This document shows positions 19,246-30,428 of a stretch of 64,000 nt of DNA, piece by piece. The notes below the pieces were generated by a model, which made no database searches, was not told the DNA's origin, and worked only from the letters and a program-made list of their open reading frames with translations. The position numbers and the translations under genes were made by a program. How positions within the stretch are numbered: the first letter of the stretch is position 1; each line of letters begins with the position of its first letter. Origin of the DNA: Candidatus Babelota bacterium (GTDB lineage: Bacteria > Babelota > Babeliae > Babelales > CAIQNR01); assembly GCA_965658655.1 (NCBI GenBank), contig CBFHTA010000001.1:200722-264721 (forward strand). The letters run 5' to 3'.

Positions 19246-20355
19246 TTAAGAGAAGTCAAACCTTTTGAGCAACGTAGTATCAATTTCTTTTAATTTTTTT
19301 TCAAGAGCTTGAATAGTGAGCAGCCCTTTCTTTGCGTCTTGATAACTTATTACCGATTGCGCTTGAGCAATCCCTGCACGAATTGCATCGTCTATACGTA
19401 AACCAAGTGCAAGCATGGCGGCAAAACAAGATCCAAATGCGTCTCCTGCGCCCACAGTGTTAACCACCGGTCCAGGCAATGCAGGGTGAAAATAAAGACT
19501 ATCTTGTGTAGCAATGTAGACTCCTTCTTTACCATTGGTTACTACGATACGTTTAATACCGTACGATAAAATTTCTTTAAAATAATCTATTAAAGTAAAA
19601 GTAATTGAGTCGTGAGCTAAAATTTCTTGTAACAATGATGGTCCCTCAGAAATTAAAGAGGTATTATTTGATTTAAAAAATCGTGGCTTGAGAGATGTCA
19701 TTAAAAGTTTCATTTCATCGGCATTAAGAATTAAAAGGTCTATGTAAGGCAGGGCGGCTTTAAGAGTAGAAACATCAGAAGTTAGTTGGCTGGTGCCAGG
19801 ATTAACAACAACGCGAAGGCCACGAGAGGTGATAAGCTGTTTTGCTTTTCTGGTAATATAGGGGAGTGCGCGCGCTGCTTGGCCAGTCAGTGATGTAATG
19901 TAGATAAAGTCTTGATTGGCAATGAGATCATCGGAAATATCGTCTTTTGTAAGGGTAGTATTTGCGCCACGATGAACAAAAACAATGCGGTCTTTCTTTG
20001 GTGTAGGGATAATAAAAGACGTTCCGGTTTGATCAAGTTTAATGGTTTCGTAGTAAGGGGTGATGTCTTCTTTTTTAAGTTTATCTATTATAAATTGACC
20101 AGCTTGATCTGGGCCAATTTTAAAAAAAGTAGCAGTCTGAAACTCAAGACGTTTAAACGAAACAGCGGCGTTTGTGGCGCCGCCTCCCGTTGCATAATGA
20201 AGTTTTTCAACTTCTACTTTTGATCCTTCTTTGCACGCAAAGACTTGTTTTTCTTGCTCTTGGGTAACAGACATGCATGAACCTTTAGGCTGATATTCTA
20301 TAATAATATCTTGTGTGGCCCCACCAATGGTTAAGACTTTAAGTGGTTCGTTCAT
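19246..20355 (-). CDS. PfkB/ribokinase-family carbohydrate kinase
   Basis: GGGATNAA and VNTVGAGDAF signatures. Confidence 0.92.
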   Translation of the reverse strand: MNEPLKVLTIGGATQDIIIEYQPKGSCMSVTQEQEKQVFACKEGSKVEVEKLHYATGGGATNAAVSFKRLEFQTATFFKIGPDQAGQFIIDKLKKEDITPYYETIKLDQTGTSFIIPTPKKDRIVFVHRGANTTLTKDDISDDLIANQDFIYITSLTGQAARALPYITRKAKQLITSRGLRVVVNPGTSQLTSDVSTLKAALPYIDLLILNADEMKLLMTSLKPRFFKSNNTSLISEGPSLLQEILAHDSITFTLIDYFKEILSYGIKRIVVTNGKEGVYIATQDSLYFHPALPGPVVNTVGAGDAFGSCFAAMLALGLRIDDAIRAGIAQAQSVISYQDAKKGLLTIQALEKKLKEIDTTLLKRFDFS

Positions 20356-20372
20356 ATATGCCTTTTAAATGG

Positions 20373-22724
20373 TTATGCTCCTTGTGGAAGGAGAATTTGA
20401 TCTAGAACTTCGTTTGCATGTTCTACCCATACAATATCGATGTCTTTATCTAGATCTTTGCATTCTACCATGTCCCCTTTGTTCTGTGCTGGTAAAATCA
20501 CCGTTTTTATTTTGTTACGCTTTGCAGCCAAGACTTTTTCTTTGACGCCACCGATTGCGGTTACATTTCCACGGAGATTAATTTCTCCAGTCATCGCAAA
20601 TCTAGAGTTAATGGCACGTCCAGTAAGAACAGACAAAATAGAAGATAATATTGCGATACCACCAGAAGGACCATCTTTTGGAACAGCGCCTTCGGGCATG
20701 TGGATGTGCAGGTCATGTTTGGTGAACTTCTCTTTTGGAATGCCAAAGTCTTTAGCATGTGCACGAATATAACTGAGAGCTGCAGTTGCAGACTCTTTCA
20801 TTACGTCGCCCATTTGGCCTGTAAGAATAACTTTTCCTGTACCTTCCATGAGGACTGCTTCTACTTTCATCATCACACCGCCCATGGCTGTCCATGCAAG
20901 TCCGTTTACAATGCCGATTTGATCTTTACCTTCGGTATCCATATCAAGCGGTCGCTTTGGCCCAAGGTGTTGTTCAAGGTTTTCTGCCATAAATACGAGT
21001 GAGCGTTTTTCTTCTACGAGTGTACGCGCTGCTTTTGAACAGAGTTTTCGTAGTAAGCGCTCAAGGCTTCTTACTCCAGCTTCTCGTGTGTAGTTAGTTG
21101 CAAGCTCTTTAAGGACTTCGTCTGAGAATTCAATACCTTTGCCTTCTAGGCCTGTAGCTTCGAGTGCTCGTTTAACTAAATGGCGTTTTGCAATGTTGAT
21201 TTTTTCTTGAATGGTGTAGCTAGAGAGGGTAATGACTTCCATTCTGTCTCGTAGTGGGTCAGAGATTGCATTAACGTTATTAGAAGTTGCAATGAAAATT
21301 ACCTTTGAGAGATCGAATGGTACACCTAGATAGTTGTCATAGAATGTTTTGTTTTGTTGAGGATCTAGCACTTCGAGCATTGCCGCTGAAGGGTCTCCTC
21401 TAAAGTCTGCGCCAATCTTATCTAATTCATCGATGATTAAAACAGGATTCTTGCTGCCAGATTTTTTGATTGCTTGAATAAATCGTCCTGGCATTGAACC
21501 AACATAGGTTCTTCTGTGTCCTCGAATCTCTGCTTCGTCTTTTACGCCACCCAGCGAAATCCGCTGATATTCTCTACCAAGTGCGCGAGCAATTGATTTT
21601 CCTAAAGATGTTTTACCGGTTCCTGGAGGTCCATCAAAACACAGGATAGGGGCAGCTCCATCTTCTTTTAGGTTTCGTACAGAGATATAATCTAAGAGGC
21701 GTTCTTTAATATCTTCGAGTCCATAGTGGTCTTCATCAAGAATTTCACGAGCATGTTTAATATCGAGGTTGTCCTCAGTTTCTTCTTTCCAAGGCAGGGT
21801 GAGGACTGTTTCTAGATAGTTGCGTGTTACGGTTGCTTCTACAGAGTCAGGAGCGGTTTTTTCGAGCCTATTGAGCTGACGAGTAATTTCTGAAGTAACT
21901 TCTTCTGGAAGATCAAGTTCTTCTATTCGTGCTCGCCATTTTTCTATATCTTCTGTGTCATCTTCGCCCAGCTCTTCTTTAATAGCTTTGAGTTGCTCTC
22001 TGAGGTAGAACTCTTTTTGAGCTTTGTTCATAGAGTCGCGCGCTTTGCTTCTGATACGCTCTTGTGTTTCAGCGACTTCGACTTCTTTGTTTAGGTGTAG
22101 ATAGATGCCTTCTAAGAATTTTGATTGAGTAGGCGCCTCTAGAAGATCTTGCGCTTCAGTTACATTGAGATTTAAGTGTGAAAGTATAAAATCTGCAATT
22201 TTATTTGGATCGTGCATCTTAGAAAGAATAATGTGGAAGTCTGGGCTGAATGCGTGATTAGAAGTGCTTATTTTTTCAGCTTGTTCTTTAATAAGCTTTA
22301 TGTGTTGAGAAAGATCTTCTCCTTCGAGTTGATCATCCAAAGCTATTTCTTCAGCTTGCACAGTTAAAATATCTTCATCAGTGATAATGTCTTTTACGCG
22401 AGCTTTTGCGATTCCTTGAACTAAAATTTTCACTCCCCCCTCAGGGATTTTTATCAATCGCATGATAGAAGAAATAGTACCAACTTCGTATAAATCTTTG
22501 GTGCCAATTGCTCCCTGTTGATCGTCTATATTCTTCTTAGCCGCTAAAAGCAGCACCTTCTTGGACCCATCAAGGCTTTGATTGATACCATTGATAATTC
22601 TCTCGTCCATGACAAGAAGAGGAACAATCATGTGCGGAAAAACTACCACATCCATGGTCGGAATAATTGGTAGTGTCTCTACGATCTTCTCTTCGTTACT
22701 TACGCTTTTGTTTACTGTCCTCAT
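20373..22724 (-). CDS. lon: ATP-dependent protease La
   Basis: LON N-domain, GPPGTGKTS, IDELDK, PKDGPSGG catalytic Ser, IGGVKEK. Confidence 0.97.
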   Translation of the reverse strand: MRTVNKSVSNEEKIVETLPIIPTMDVVVFPHMIVPLLVMDERIINGINQSLDGSKKVLLLAAKKNIDDQQGAIGTKDLYEVGTISSIMRLIKIPEGGVKILVQGIAKARVKDIITDEDILTVQAEEIALDDQLEGEDLSQHIKLIKEQAEKISTSNHAFSPDFHIILSKMHDPNKIADFILSHLNLNVTEAQDLLEAPTQSKFLEGIYLHLNKEVEVAETQERIRSKARDSMNKAQKEFYLREQLKAIKEELGEDDTEDIEKWRARIEELDLPEEVTSEITRQLNRLEKTAPDSVEATVTRNYLETVLTLPWKEETEDNLDIKHAREILDEDHYGLEDIKERLLDYISVRNLKEDGAAPILCFDGPPGTGKTSLGKSIARALGREYQRISLGGVKDEAEIRGHRRTYVGSMPGRFIQAIKKSGSKNPVLIIDELDKIGADFRGDPSAAMLEVLDPQQNKTFYDNYLGVPFDLSKVIFIATSNNVNAISDPLRDRMEVITLSSYTIQEKINIAKRHLVKRALEATGLEGKGIEFSDEVLKELATNYTREAGVRSLERLLRKLCSKAARTLVEEKRSLVFMAENLEQHLGPKRPLDMDTEGKDQIGIVNGLAWTAMGGVMMKVEAVLMEGTGKVILTGQMGDVMKESATAALSYIRAHAKDFGIPKEKFTKHDLHIHMPEGAVPKDGPSGGIAILSSILSVLTGRAINSRFAMTGEINLRGNVTAIGGVKEKVLAAKRNKIKTVILPAQNKGDMVECKDLDKDIDIVWVEHANEVLDQILLPQGA

Positions 22725-22886
22725 TGTCTCTCCCCCTCTCTATATGTTTGAGTGACTTTCCTTACTAGTTTAAAGAGCTTTTGGGGATCAAAACAAGAAT
22801 TGGTAGACATATACATGCAAAACACCTTTCTAAAAAGGAGATAATGAAGTATCATAACAATGCCCCCTTAAACCTTCTTTTTTTGT

Positions 22887-23561
22887 TTGAAAGTTATGAT
22901 GAATAAGGCCATTAACCTTGCAACTTTTCAGTTAGCAAAAACATTTAATCAGCAACCGATCTTTAGCAACTTGTCTGTAAGTTTTAAAAAAGGCTGCTCT
23001 TATGCACTTATGGGGGAATCTGGATCGGGTAAATCAACCTTTATGCATCTGCTTGCGGGGCTCGATATTCCAACGCAGGGGAAGATTTTTTTAAATAAAA
23101 GATCGCTTGATACTTTAACTTCTCGAGAGCGGGCAGATTACATAGGGTTTGTCGTGCAGACACCCACTTTTATTACTGAGCTTACAGTTCTTGAAAATAT
23201 TGTTTTAGCAGCAGAGCTAAAGGGTATTTCTCAGAACAAAGCTCGAGAAAAAGCTCAGGAGTATTTAAGTTTTCTGGATCTTCTCGGGGTTAAAGATTGT
23301 CAAGCTGGTACCCTTTCGGGAGGGCAGCGTCAGCGTATTGCTCTTATTAGGGCACTTATTTCTGAACCAGATTTTTTATTAGCAGATGAGCCAACCGGAA
23401 ATTTAGATGATCAAAGTAGCACACAGTTGATACAGATGATTTTGCTCTGTCAAAAAAAATGGGGAATGGGTTTAGTTGTGAGCACTCACTGTAAAGAGGT
23501 GGCGCATAAAATGGAAGTAGTCTTTAGATTAAAAGATGGTATTCTAAACCGCACTTCCTAA
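22887..23561 (+). CDS. ABC transporter ATP-binding protein (LolD-like); exact start uncertain
   Basis: GESGSGKST, LSGGQRQR, LADEPTGNLD, STH. Confidence 0.88.
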   Translation: MKVMMNKAINLATFQLAKTFNQQPIFSNLSVSFKKGCSYALMGESGSGKSTFMHLLAGLDIPTQGKIFLNKRSLDTLTSRERADYIGFVVQTPTFITELTVLENIVLAAELKGISQNKAREKAQEYLSFLDLLGVKDCQAGTLSGGQRQRIALIRALISEPDFLLADEPTGNLDDQSSTQLIQMILLCQKKWGMGLVVSTHCKEVAHKMEVVFRLKDGILNRTS

Positions 23562-23592
23562 TCGTTTATAAAAACAAGCAAAAAGGTGTTCT

Positions 23593-25170
23593 ATGCAAGA
23601 GGCTCTTTCCAAAAAAGGTATTTTGAAAAAGTTATTTCAAGTTGGTGGAAACACCCTTATTAGTAGATTTCTTGGTCTTACTCGAGAAATTTTATTAATG
23701 CGTTATCTAGGTGTAGGGGTATTTGCAGATGCATTTACAGCTGCTTTCTTAATTCCTAACTCTTTACGGAAAATATTTGCAGAAGGTGCCTTAACTGCAG
23801 CTTTTGTTCCTACATTTATAAACTTGTACGAAAAAGATGGCAGGAAAAAGGCAGATGCGCTTATGTCATTGGCATTTTTAGCTTTTGAAGGGACTGTGCT
23901 TCTTTTGTGTGCATTAGTTATGTGGAAGCCTCGCTTTACCTTGAGTTTAATTGTTCCGGGATTTTCTCCGGAGCAGGTTGCGGCAACAATTCCTTGCTTA
24001 CGTATTTTAATGCCGTTTATCTTCTTTTTATCAAGTAGTGCATTACTTGCTGGGGCATTACAATCGGTTAATCATTTCTTTGTTCCTGCTTTCTCTCCAG
24101 TACTTTTAAACGGTTTTTTTATTGGTGGTTTATTGGTATGTCTTTCAAGCGGATTGCCGGTTGAATATTTATGTGTATTTATTTTGTGTGGTGGTCTGGC
24201 ACAATTTTTGATGCATATTTTCGCCTACATTTCTCTCAACTTTATGTTTCATATGCCACGAAGAGAGACTTTGGGAGCATTCGGAAATGTTCTTTCTAAG
24301 TTTATGCTTTGCTTTTTAAGTATGAGTGTAATGGAATTTAATCTTATTATTGATCAAAGATTTGCTTCATACTTGCATGTTGGCTCTGTAACACTTATAA
24401 AATATGCATCTCGATTTATGGGGATTCCTTTAGGTGTTTTTGCAGTAGCATTCTCAACTATTATGTTGCCTCACTTTAGTAGGATTTCTATTTCTGATCC
24501 AAAACGATTAAGTTTCTATTTGCAAGAATGCTCAAAGTTTGTTTTTTGGGTAACGGCTCCGGCAACCTTTATTATGGGTTTTTTGTCTACAGATATTTTC
24601 TTAACTTTGTTTGCTTCATCTTCCTCAAAGTTTCCTTCTCATCTAGTTCCTGAAGCGGGTATGATTTTACTTGGATTTTTGACAGGGCTTTTCTGTTTTT
24701 CTCTCAACAAAATTTTGTTTAATTTTTTTTATTCGTTTCATGATACTCGACGACCAATGTATATTGCTATTATTGCAACAATACTTAATGGTCTGTTTAA
24801 TTATGTTTTAGTAGGTATTTGGGGAGGAGTTGGATTGGCTCTTGCAACATCACTTTCTGGCCTTGTACAGATGACCTTAGCGCTTTATTTTCTACATGCT
24901 TATCATAATTTTAAACTTGATCTTCATGTGTTTGGGGCATTCGCTAAAAAGTATACCATACAACTTTTGTGTGTTTTAACACCATTTTACTTTATATACA
25001 CACTCTCAAGGAATCTAGTAGAGAAGCTTTTTGCAACTGGATGGGGACACTTTTTCATGATTAAAAGTTTTGGTTATTGGCTTTGGGTTGGCCCTATTAT
25101 GATGTTTTGTTTTTATGTACTTTATAAAACACGTAAAACATTTGATATTGAGCTTTATTTCTTAGATTAA
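23593..25170 (+). CDS. murJ: Lipid II flippase MurJ (MviN)
   Basis: SRFLGLTRE, PNSLRKIFAEG, many TM helices. Confidence 0.95.
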   Translation: MQEALSKKGILKKLFQVGGNTLISRFLGLTREILLMRYLGVGVFADAFTAAFLIPNSLRKIFAEGALTAAFVPTFINLYEKDGRKKADALMSLAFLAFEGTVLLLCALVMWKPRFTLSLIVPGFSPEQVAATIPCLRILMPFIFFLSSSALLAGALQSVNHFFVPAFSPVLLNGFFIGGLLVCLSSGLPVEYLCVFILCGGLAQFLMHIFAYISLNFMFHMPRRETLGAFGNVLSKFMLCFLSMSVMEFNLIIDQRFASYLHVGSVTLIKYASRFMGIPLGVFAVAFSTIMLPHFSRISISDPKRLSFYLQECSKFVFWVTAPATFIMGFLSTDIFLTLFASSSSKFPSHLVPEAGMILLGFLTGLFCFSLNKILFNFFYSFHDTRRPMYIAIIATILNGLFNYVLVGIWGGVGLALATSLSGLVQMTLALYFLHAYHNFKLDLHVFGAFAKKYTIQLLCVLTPFYFIYTLSRNLVEKLFATGWGHFFMIKSFGYWLWVGPIMMFCFYVLYKTRKTFDIELYFLD

Positions 25171-25484
25171 TTTTTTTCACAACCAAACATACATCTACAA
25201 CAGTGCCCAATTGATCGAGTTATGCAAAGTCCTACTATACATGGACAACAAGCAACGGTTATACAGCATTTTTTGCGTTGAAATGCTTGTTCTTCTTTTT
25301 GAAGAAAGGCCTTTCTTTCTAAAAAATTGTTAAGATTAAGTTTTCCAGGTTGTGTATCCAGGAAAGAACTTTGTTCTGTCTTGCTTTTTGCGGTATCAGC
25401 TAATCCATCTACTTGCTCTTGAGCATCTGCTGCCTGCAAGGAATAGAGTAAAAATATGGATAAAAAAAGTGCTGTGTGCTTCAA
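25167..25484 (-). CDS. Small secreted protein with a Cys-rich hydrophobic C-terminus
   Basis: TTG start after GAGGAG; signal peptide ...YSLQA; C-terminus CCITVACCPCIVGLCITRSIGHCCRCMFGC. Confidence 0.7.
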   Translation of the reverse strand: MKHTALFLSIFLLYSLQAADAQEQVDGLADTAKSKTEQSSFLDTQPGKLNLNNFLERKAFLQKEEQAFQRKKCCITVACCPCIVGLCITRSIGHCCRCMFGCEKN

Positions 25485-25629
25485 AATCTCTCCTCTTTAG
25501 TACTATAAAAATGAAATATTATTTTCTTCAGGTAAAGGATATAGGTTTTTTTTTAAAAAAAAAGCGAGCATCTTTAAGTAAGGATTCGTTTGGGCACTAA
25601 AAAAGCTCCGATTTCTCGAAGCTTAAATT

Positions 25630-25706
<77 letters not shown>

Positions 25707-25826
25707 ATCATCTTGATTTCAAAATTGAAGTAATATAAGCATATCAGGCTTTATAAGCTTGTCAATGACCAATATCAGCTCAAACAGGAGTTTCTAGAGG
25801 CAAAACAAGCGTGAACCTTTTTATAT

Positions 25827-27365
25827 TTAAGCTCGTTTGCGTTCAAAGTAATGGTCTACAGATCGATACATGAGAGCTTCCTGAATATGAGGCACAGTCA
25901 GCGTTTCCGACCCCTCAAGGTCAGCAATGGTACGAGCAACTTTAAGTACTTTGTGGTATCCGCGCATGCTTAAATGAAGTTTTTCGAAGACCTTTTTCAT
26001 GAGTTGCTCGGCTTCTGGGGTAAGTATACAAAATTGTTCAACCTGGTCTGCAGACATAGTAGCGTTCTGACTTGTTCCATTATTAAAACGTTTTTTTTGT
26101 CGAGTGGTAGCTTGTGCTATTTTTTCTTGCATCGAGGCAGAGGTCTGACCATTTACATGCTTATCTTTGAGCGTTTCGTATTCAATTCCAGGAACATGAA
26201 TTTGTAAATCGATTCTATCTAGAAGTGGTCCAGAGAGCTTATCTAGATATTTATTAATTTGTTGTTGTGAGCATGAACAGTCACGCTTTTTGTCTCCGTA
26301 ATAACCGCAAGGGCACGGATTAAGAGCTGCCACTAATAAAAATGAAGATGGAAACGTGATCGATTGTTGTGCCCGCGCAATGTTTACAAATTTATTTTCA
26401 AGTGGTTGTCGTAAGACTTCTAATGTATCTCGTTTGAACTCTGTAAGTTCATCTAAGAATAGAATACCGTTATGAGCTAGACTAATCTCACCAGGTTGTG
26501 GGTACGATCCGCCACCTACAAGTCCTGCTTGCGAAATAGTATGATGTGGAGATCTGAATGGGCGTTTTTCTATAATGGGCGTCCCGTTAAGTTTGCCGCT
26601 AATAGAATATACTTTGCTTGCTTGGAGTACTTGATCAAAAGACATTGTTGGCATAATGGTTGCCAAGCGTTTTGCAAGCATCGTTTTTCCCGATCCTGGG
26701 GGGCCGATAAATAAAATGTTATGGTTTCCTGCGGCTGCAATTGTCAAAGCCCGTTTTGCTTGTTCTTGACCCTTCACCTGTGAAAAATCAAGCTTGGCTT
26801 TTGTGATACTCTGTTTTGGGATAGAGGGTGCTTCTGGGGTCATTGGTTTTTCCCCACGCAAAAATGCAATGAGATCAACTAAGTGTTTTACACCAAATAC
26901 TTCTACATCTTTAATAAGTGCAGCTTCGCGAGCATTGGCTTGGGGAACAATTAATCTTTTTTTATTTAATTTTTTTGCATCATAAGCAATAGCTAGTGCA
27001 CCTTTGATAGGTTTAATAGACCCGTCTAAAGAAAGTTCACCCATAAATAAAGTTTCTTCTAAGAAGGAAGGAGCGATGTGTAATAGTTTTGCTGCTTGTA
27101 AAATACCTATAGCAATTGGAAGATCAAAAAGTGTGCCTTCTTTTTTTAAATCTGCTGGCGCAAGGTTTACAGTAATGCGTCTGTCTGGAAGTTTAATGCC
27201 ACAATTTTTTAAAGCAGTTTGAATTCGTTGTCGGCTTTCTTTGATTGCCATATCTGGTAGCCCAACAATAAAAAAGTTCATCATACCCAGAGAGAGATCA
27301 ACTTCAACTTCAACGGTATAAGCATTGACCCCAATAGTAGTAGCAGAAAAAATCTTTGTATGCAT
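25827..27365 (-). CDS. comM: YifB/ComM Mg-chelatase-like AAA+ ATPase
   Basis: VGLPD..IKESR.R, GPPGSGKT, PFRSPHH, LFLDE, NPCPCG. The true start is MHTKIFS at 27365; the track extension to 27821 overlaps the divergent gene. Confidence 0.93.
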   Translation of the reverse strand: MHTKIFSATTIGVNAYTVEVEVDLSLGMMNFFIVGLPDMAIKESRQRIQTALKNCGIKLPDRRITVNLAPADLKKEGTLFDLPIAIGILQAAKLLHIAPSFLEETLFMGELSLDGSIKPIKGALAIAYDAKKLNKKRLIVPQANAREAALIKDVEVFGVKHLVDLIAFLRGEKPMTPEAPSIPKQSITKAKLDFSQVKGQEQAKRALTIAAAGNHNILFIGPPGSGKTMLAKRLATIMPTMSFDQVLQASKVYSISGKLNGTPIIEKRPFRSPHHTISQAGLVGGGSYPQPGEISLAHNGILFLDELTEFKRDTLEVLRQPLENKFVNIARAQQSITFPSSFLLVAALNPCPCGYYGDKKRDCSCSQQQINKYLDKLSGPLLDRIDLQIHVPGIEYETLKDKHVNGQTSASMQEKIAQATTRQKKRFNNGTSQNATMSADQVEQFCILTPEAEQLMKKVFEKLHLSMRGYHKVLKVARTIADLEGSETLTVPHIQEALMYRSVDHYFERKRA

Positions 27366-27516
27366 AGTTTCCTCTATGGTTTTGTATGTGCCTATGTATA
27401 GCATGTATTGGTGATTTTGTGAAGAGGGTCCTTTAATAGAACTTCTAGTAGTTTTTTCAATTTCGCTTATAATTGATAGATTGCTAGGTAATTTTACGTT
27501 TATAAAAAGGCTTGTT

Positions 27517-30417
27517 ATGTTTTGGTCAAAAAAATATCTTTTAATTTTAGCACTTATTAGTAGTACAACACTGAGAACACAACTTTTGTTAGAAGGGGAT
27601 ACTGCCGCAACCGCTGGCAACACGTTTTCTTTTAATATTGCTCCAAAGTATTTTAATAATAATTCATCAGAGTTATTTGTAGGTCGAAATGATGCTACAA
27701 ATGTTAATGATACTGATGATGTAAAGAAGTATGCTCTTTCGGGTGTAAAGTCATTAGGAACAAAATTTTTACCGTTAACTCCAGAAAAAGCTTGGGTAAA
27801 TGGTATTAAGAATTCTGACAATCCACTTTATGGAGAACAAATTTCATTAGTAGGTTACTTCAGTAACGGGCCTTTAGTGGTACGAGCTGATGCGCCAGAA
27901 CATTTGTATTACATAGCAAGTGGAAGTTCTACTGGTGTTAGTTCTGTCTTAAAAGTAGAAGATGTCAAAGATGCTCAGGGTGCAACCGATTCTGCTGGTT
28001 CAACAACAGCGGGCATTATAAAAGTTGCAGGGTCAAAGTTTTACACTTTTGCAGCTGTAAAAAAGAACGGCGGAGATTTTGGTGTTGCGGGTGCAGGGGT
28101 TGCTTTAATCAAAGAAATAAACAGTGGTTTAGAGCAAGTGGCTGCCGTTACCGGTGATACAGGAGTAAAGGCACTTCCTCTGAATCTTTCTAGTACAGAA
28201 CTTTTAATCACGAGTGACCTTGCTTCTATTGATCCATCTATCATAGATATGCACTGGGACGATACTTTGCAGCGACTTTATATTTGTGTAAAAGCCACAG
28301 GCGCTTCTGGCGGGAGCGATGGAGCACGAGGCGTAATTGTTGGTTATGTACAAAATGTTGATGGTGTTCCTAAGTTAAAATTTTCAGCTTTTGCTCCTAC
28401 TGCAGCGTTTAATGGAACAACATATATTGTTGGTGGAGTTGGATCTTCTGTAGTTGCTGACATTCAAAAAGTAAGAACAATGCATACTTCAACTCGCGCA
28501 AGTTACCTTATAACATTAGGAAACGCTGCGGGTTCAAATGCAACTACAACAGTCAGTGCATTGCCATTGGTAAACAAAAGGCCAGCGAGTTTGCTAGCAG
28601 GTGATAATGATTATCTCACGGATACAACTCAGGGGACGCTAGCAAGTAAAACAATTAATGCGGGAACCAACTTAAAAGCATTTTTTAAAACAACTCGAGA
28701 AATTTCTGTTCTTCAAGGAAGGGGTTTTCAAGTTCCTGCTTCTACTGAGTCTCATCTAACTGCTCAAACAGATATTGCAGCTCAAGTTGGTGGTCAGAGA
28801 ACAGATGAGCTGGTAACGCCTGGTACGGTGCTTGATATGCAAGTACATAAAGATACTGTTTTCGTATCTGTTGACGCCGGTGAAGACCAAGTTCGCGTCT
28901 ACTCTTCTCAGGCTCTTCTTGATGCAGACGGTGCGATTAAAGGTTGGACTCCGTGGCGTTCTGTTATGCGTGGAGTAACTGGAACAGATGAAGTGTATGG
29001 AATTGGTTATCAATCAACTCTTGGCCATTCATTTACTTTAGAAGGCGCAACAAGTTCTAGCATTAAAACAGTTAAAACAAGTAAATGGGCAAAGTCTTCA
29101 AAAAATGGATTGCTTCAGGGAACTACGAGTGATGGTGCTGTAGGATTTGAAGGGCTTATTAACGGAGCATTTACTACAGAAAACGGTGCAGTTCAAGGGC
29201 TCTTTGACTTTCCAAAAGAAACAACGGCATTTACTTCAACTCCGGGCGAGCGTCTTTCTATGATGATTGCTACTGGGTATAAAAAAATCATGCTCATAGA
29301 GACAGGACAAGACAATGGTTCTAATCTTTTTGTTCCTCATATTGGTAGTTTCTCTCATGCAGACAATGTTGCTATTACAGATGGAGTGCTTGATGCTGCT
29401 AGAACTACAAACACAAAGCTTATAACTATTTCTGGGGGTGCGTTAGATACGGTAGGAGCGATTTCTGCTGCAACGATTATGAATGCAACAACTAATGGTG
29501 GTTATGTTATTGTTGGTGGTGTTGGCGGTGTTGCTATTTTGCGCGCAACATCTGGTGGATCAGGCTGGACTGCCGGAAGTTTAAAAAAATCTTTTGAAAA
29601 CATTGGGACTAATAAAAGTTTTGCAATAATTGGAAGTTATACTCATGTTCGTAAGGTATTAGCAGATGGGCAATTTTTGTACGTACTGACTAATAAAACG
29701 TTCGATCGTATTCCAGCATCTCAACTTAATGGAGCCGTAACACCTACTGTTTTAGCGACACCAGAAGATTTAGGGTTGCAATCATTTGAAAGTTTTTCAG
29801 ATGTGGTTGTTTCGAATAAGCTTGCACTTCTTGCAACAAGCAAAGGGTTGTATCGAGTGGGGAATAGTAAAAATATTTCAACAGAAACAAGTGCGAGCGA
29901 TGTTGATTGGACTTTGGTTAGTTTAAATGAAGGGCCAACTCCTGTTACAAGATTAGTTCCTATTGGAACAACACATTTAGAAACTGATTTTGCTCAACAG
30001 ACAGGGGGTGGTATGATCTATGCACTGGCTGCTTCTGTAGGGCAACAACTTTCTTCAGTGTATCGATTAGCAGTAAGAGATATTTCGAGTAGTGCGATTG
30101 CGGCAACAACGGTTGAATATATTCCTGACAATATTCTCTCTACGGCAGGAGAACCGCAAGGACATTTTGGAAATTATAAAAACTATTTTGCAACTGATGG
30201 TGCCTTATCTACGGTCACACAATCTACTTATAATGCTACAGCAGCTTCAGCGCATGCTTTTCCTATTACATTAGGAGCGGGAGCTATCTTGAGGCCTAAA
30301 TCATTAGGGGCTATACCGCTTTTTGCAGAACAGTTAGAAATTGGCAGACTAATAACTAGTACTGCATTAGGTTCAAAAATTATTCCCACAAGTGATGGAT
30401 TTCTCATTCTTGAATAA
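27517..30417 (+). CDS. Large secreted Gly/Ser/Thr-rich beta-strand protein (beta-propeller or adhesin-like)
   Basis: Signal peptide MFWSKKYLLILALISSTTLRT; repeated short beta-strand motifs (LYVLTNKTFDRI, LLATSKGLYRV). Confidence 0.8.
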   Translation: MFWSKKYLLILALISSTTLRTQLLLEGDTAATAGNTFSFNIAPKYFNNNSSELFVGRNDATNVNDTDDVKKYALSGVKSLGTKFLPLTPEKAWVNGIKNSDNPLYGEQISLVGYFSNGPLVVRADAPEHLYYIASGSSTGVSSVLKVEDVKDAQGATDSAGSTTAGIIKVAGSKFYTFAAVKKNGGDFGVAGAGVALIKEINSGLEQVAAVTGDTGVKALPLNLSSTELLITSDLASIDPSIIDMHWDDTLQRLYICVKATGASGGSDGARGVIVGYVQNVDGVPKLKFSAFAPTAAFNGTTYIVGGVGSSVVADIQKVRTMHTSTRASYLITLGNAAGSNATTTVSALPLVNKRPASLLAGDNDYLTDTTQGTLASKTINAGTNLKAFFKTTREISVLQGRGFQVPASTESHLTAQTDIAAQVGGQRTDELVTPGTVLDMQVHKDTVFVSVDAGEDQVRVYSSQALLDADGAIKGWTPWRSVMRGVTGTDEVYGIGYQSTLGHSFTLEGATSSSIKTVKTSKWAKSSKNGLLQGTTSDGAVGFEGLINGAFTTENGAVQGLFDFPKETTAFTSTPGERLSMMIATGYKKIMLIETGQDNGSNLFVPHIGSFSHADNVAITDGVLDAARTTNTKLITISGGALDTVGAISAATIMNATTNGGYVIVGGVGGVAILRATSGGSGWTAGSLKKSFENIGTNKSFAIIGSYTHVRKVLADGQFLYVLTNKTFDRIPASQLNGAVTPTVLATPEDLGLQSFESFSDVVVSNKLALLATSKGLYRVGNSKNISTETSASDVDWTLVSLNEGPTPVTRLVPIGTTHLETDFAQQTGGGMIYALAASVGQQLSSVYRLAVRDISSSAIAATTVEYIPDNILSTAGEPQGHFGNYKNYFATDGALSTVTQSTYNATAASAHAFPITLGAGAILRPKSLGAIPLFAEQLEIGRLITSTALGSKIIPTSDGFLILE

Positions 30418-30428
30418 AAGGTAACACC

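Noticed and set aside
25167..25181. C-terminal CaaX prenylation motif (CEKN)
   Set aside because: The middle residues are charged rather than aliphatic, so it fits CaaX poorly.
27366..27821. 152-aa N-terminal extension of ComM given by the ORF track
   Set aside because: It overlaps the divergent gene starting at 27517, and family homology begins at MHTKIFS (27365).
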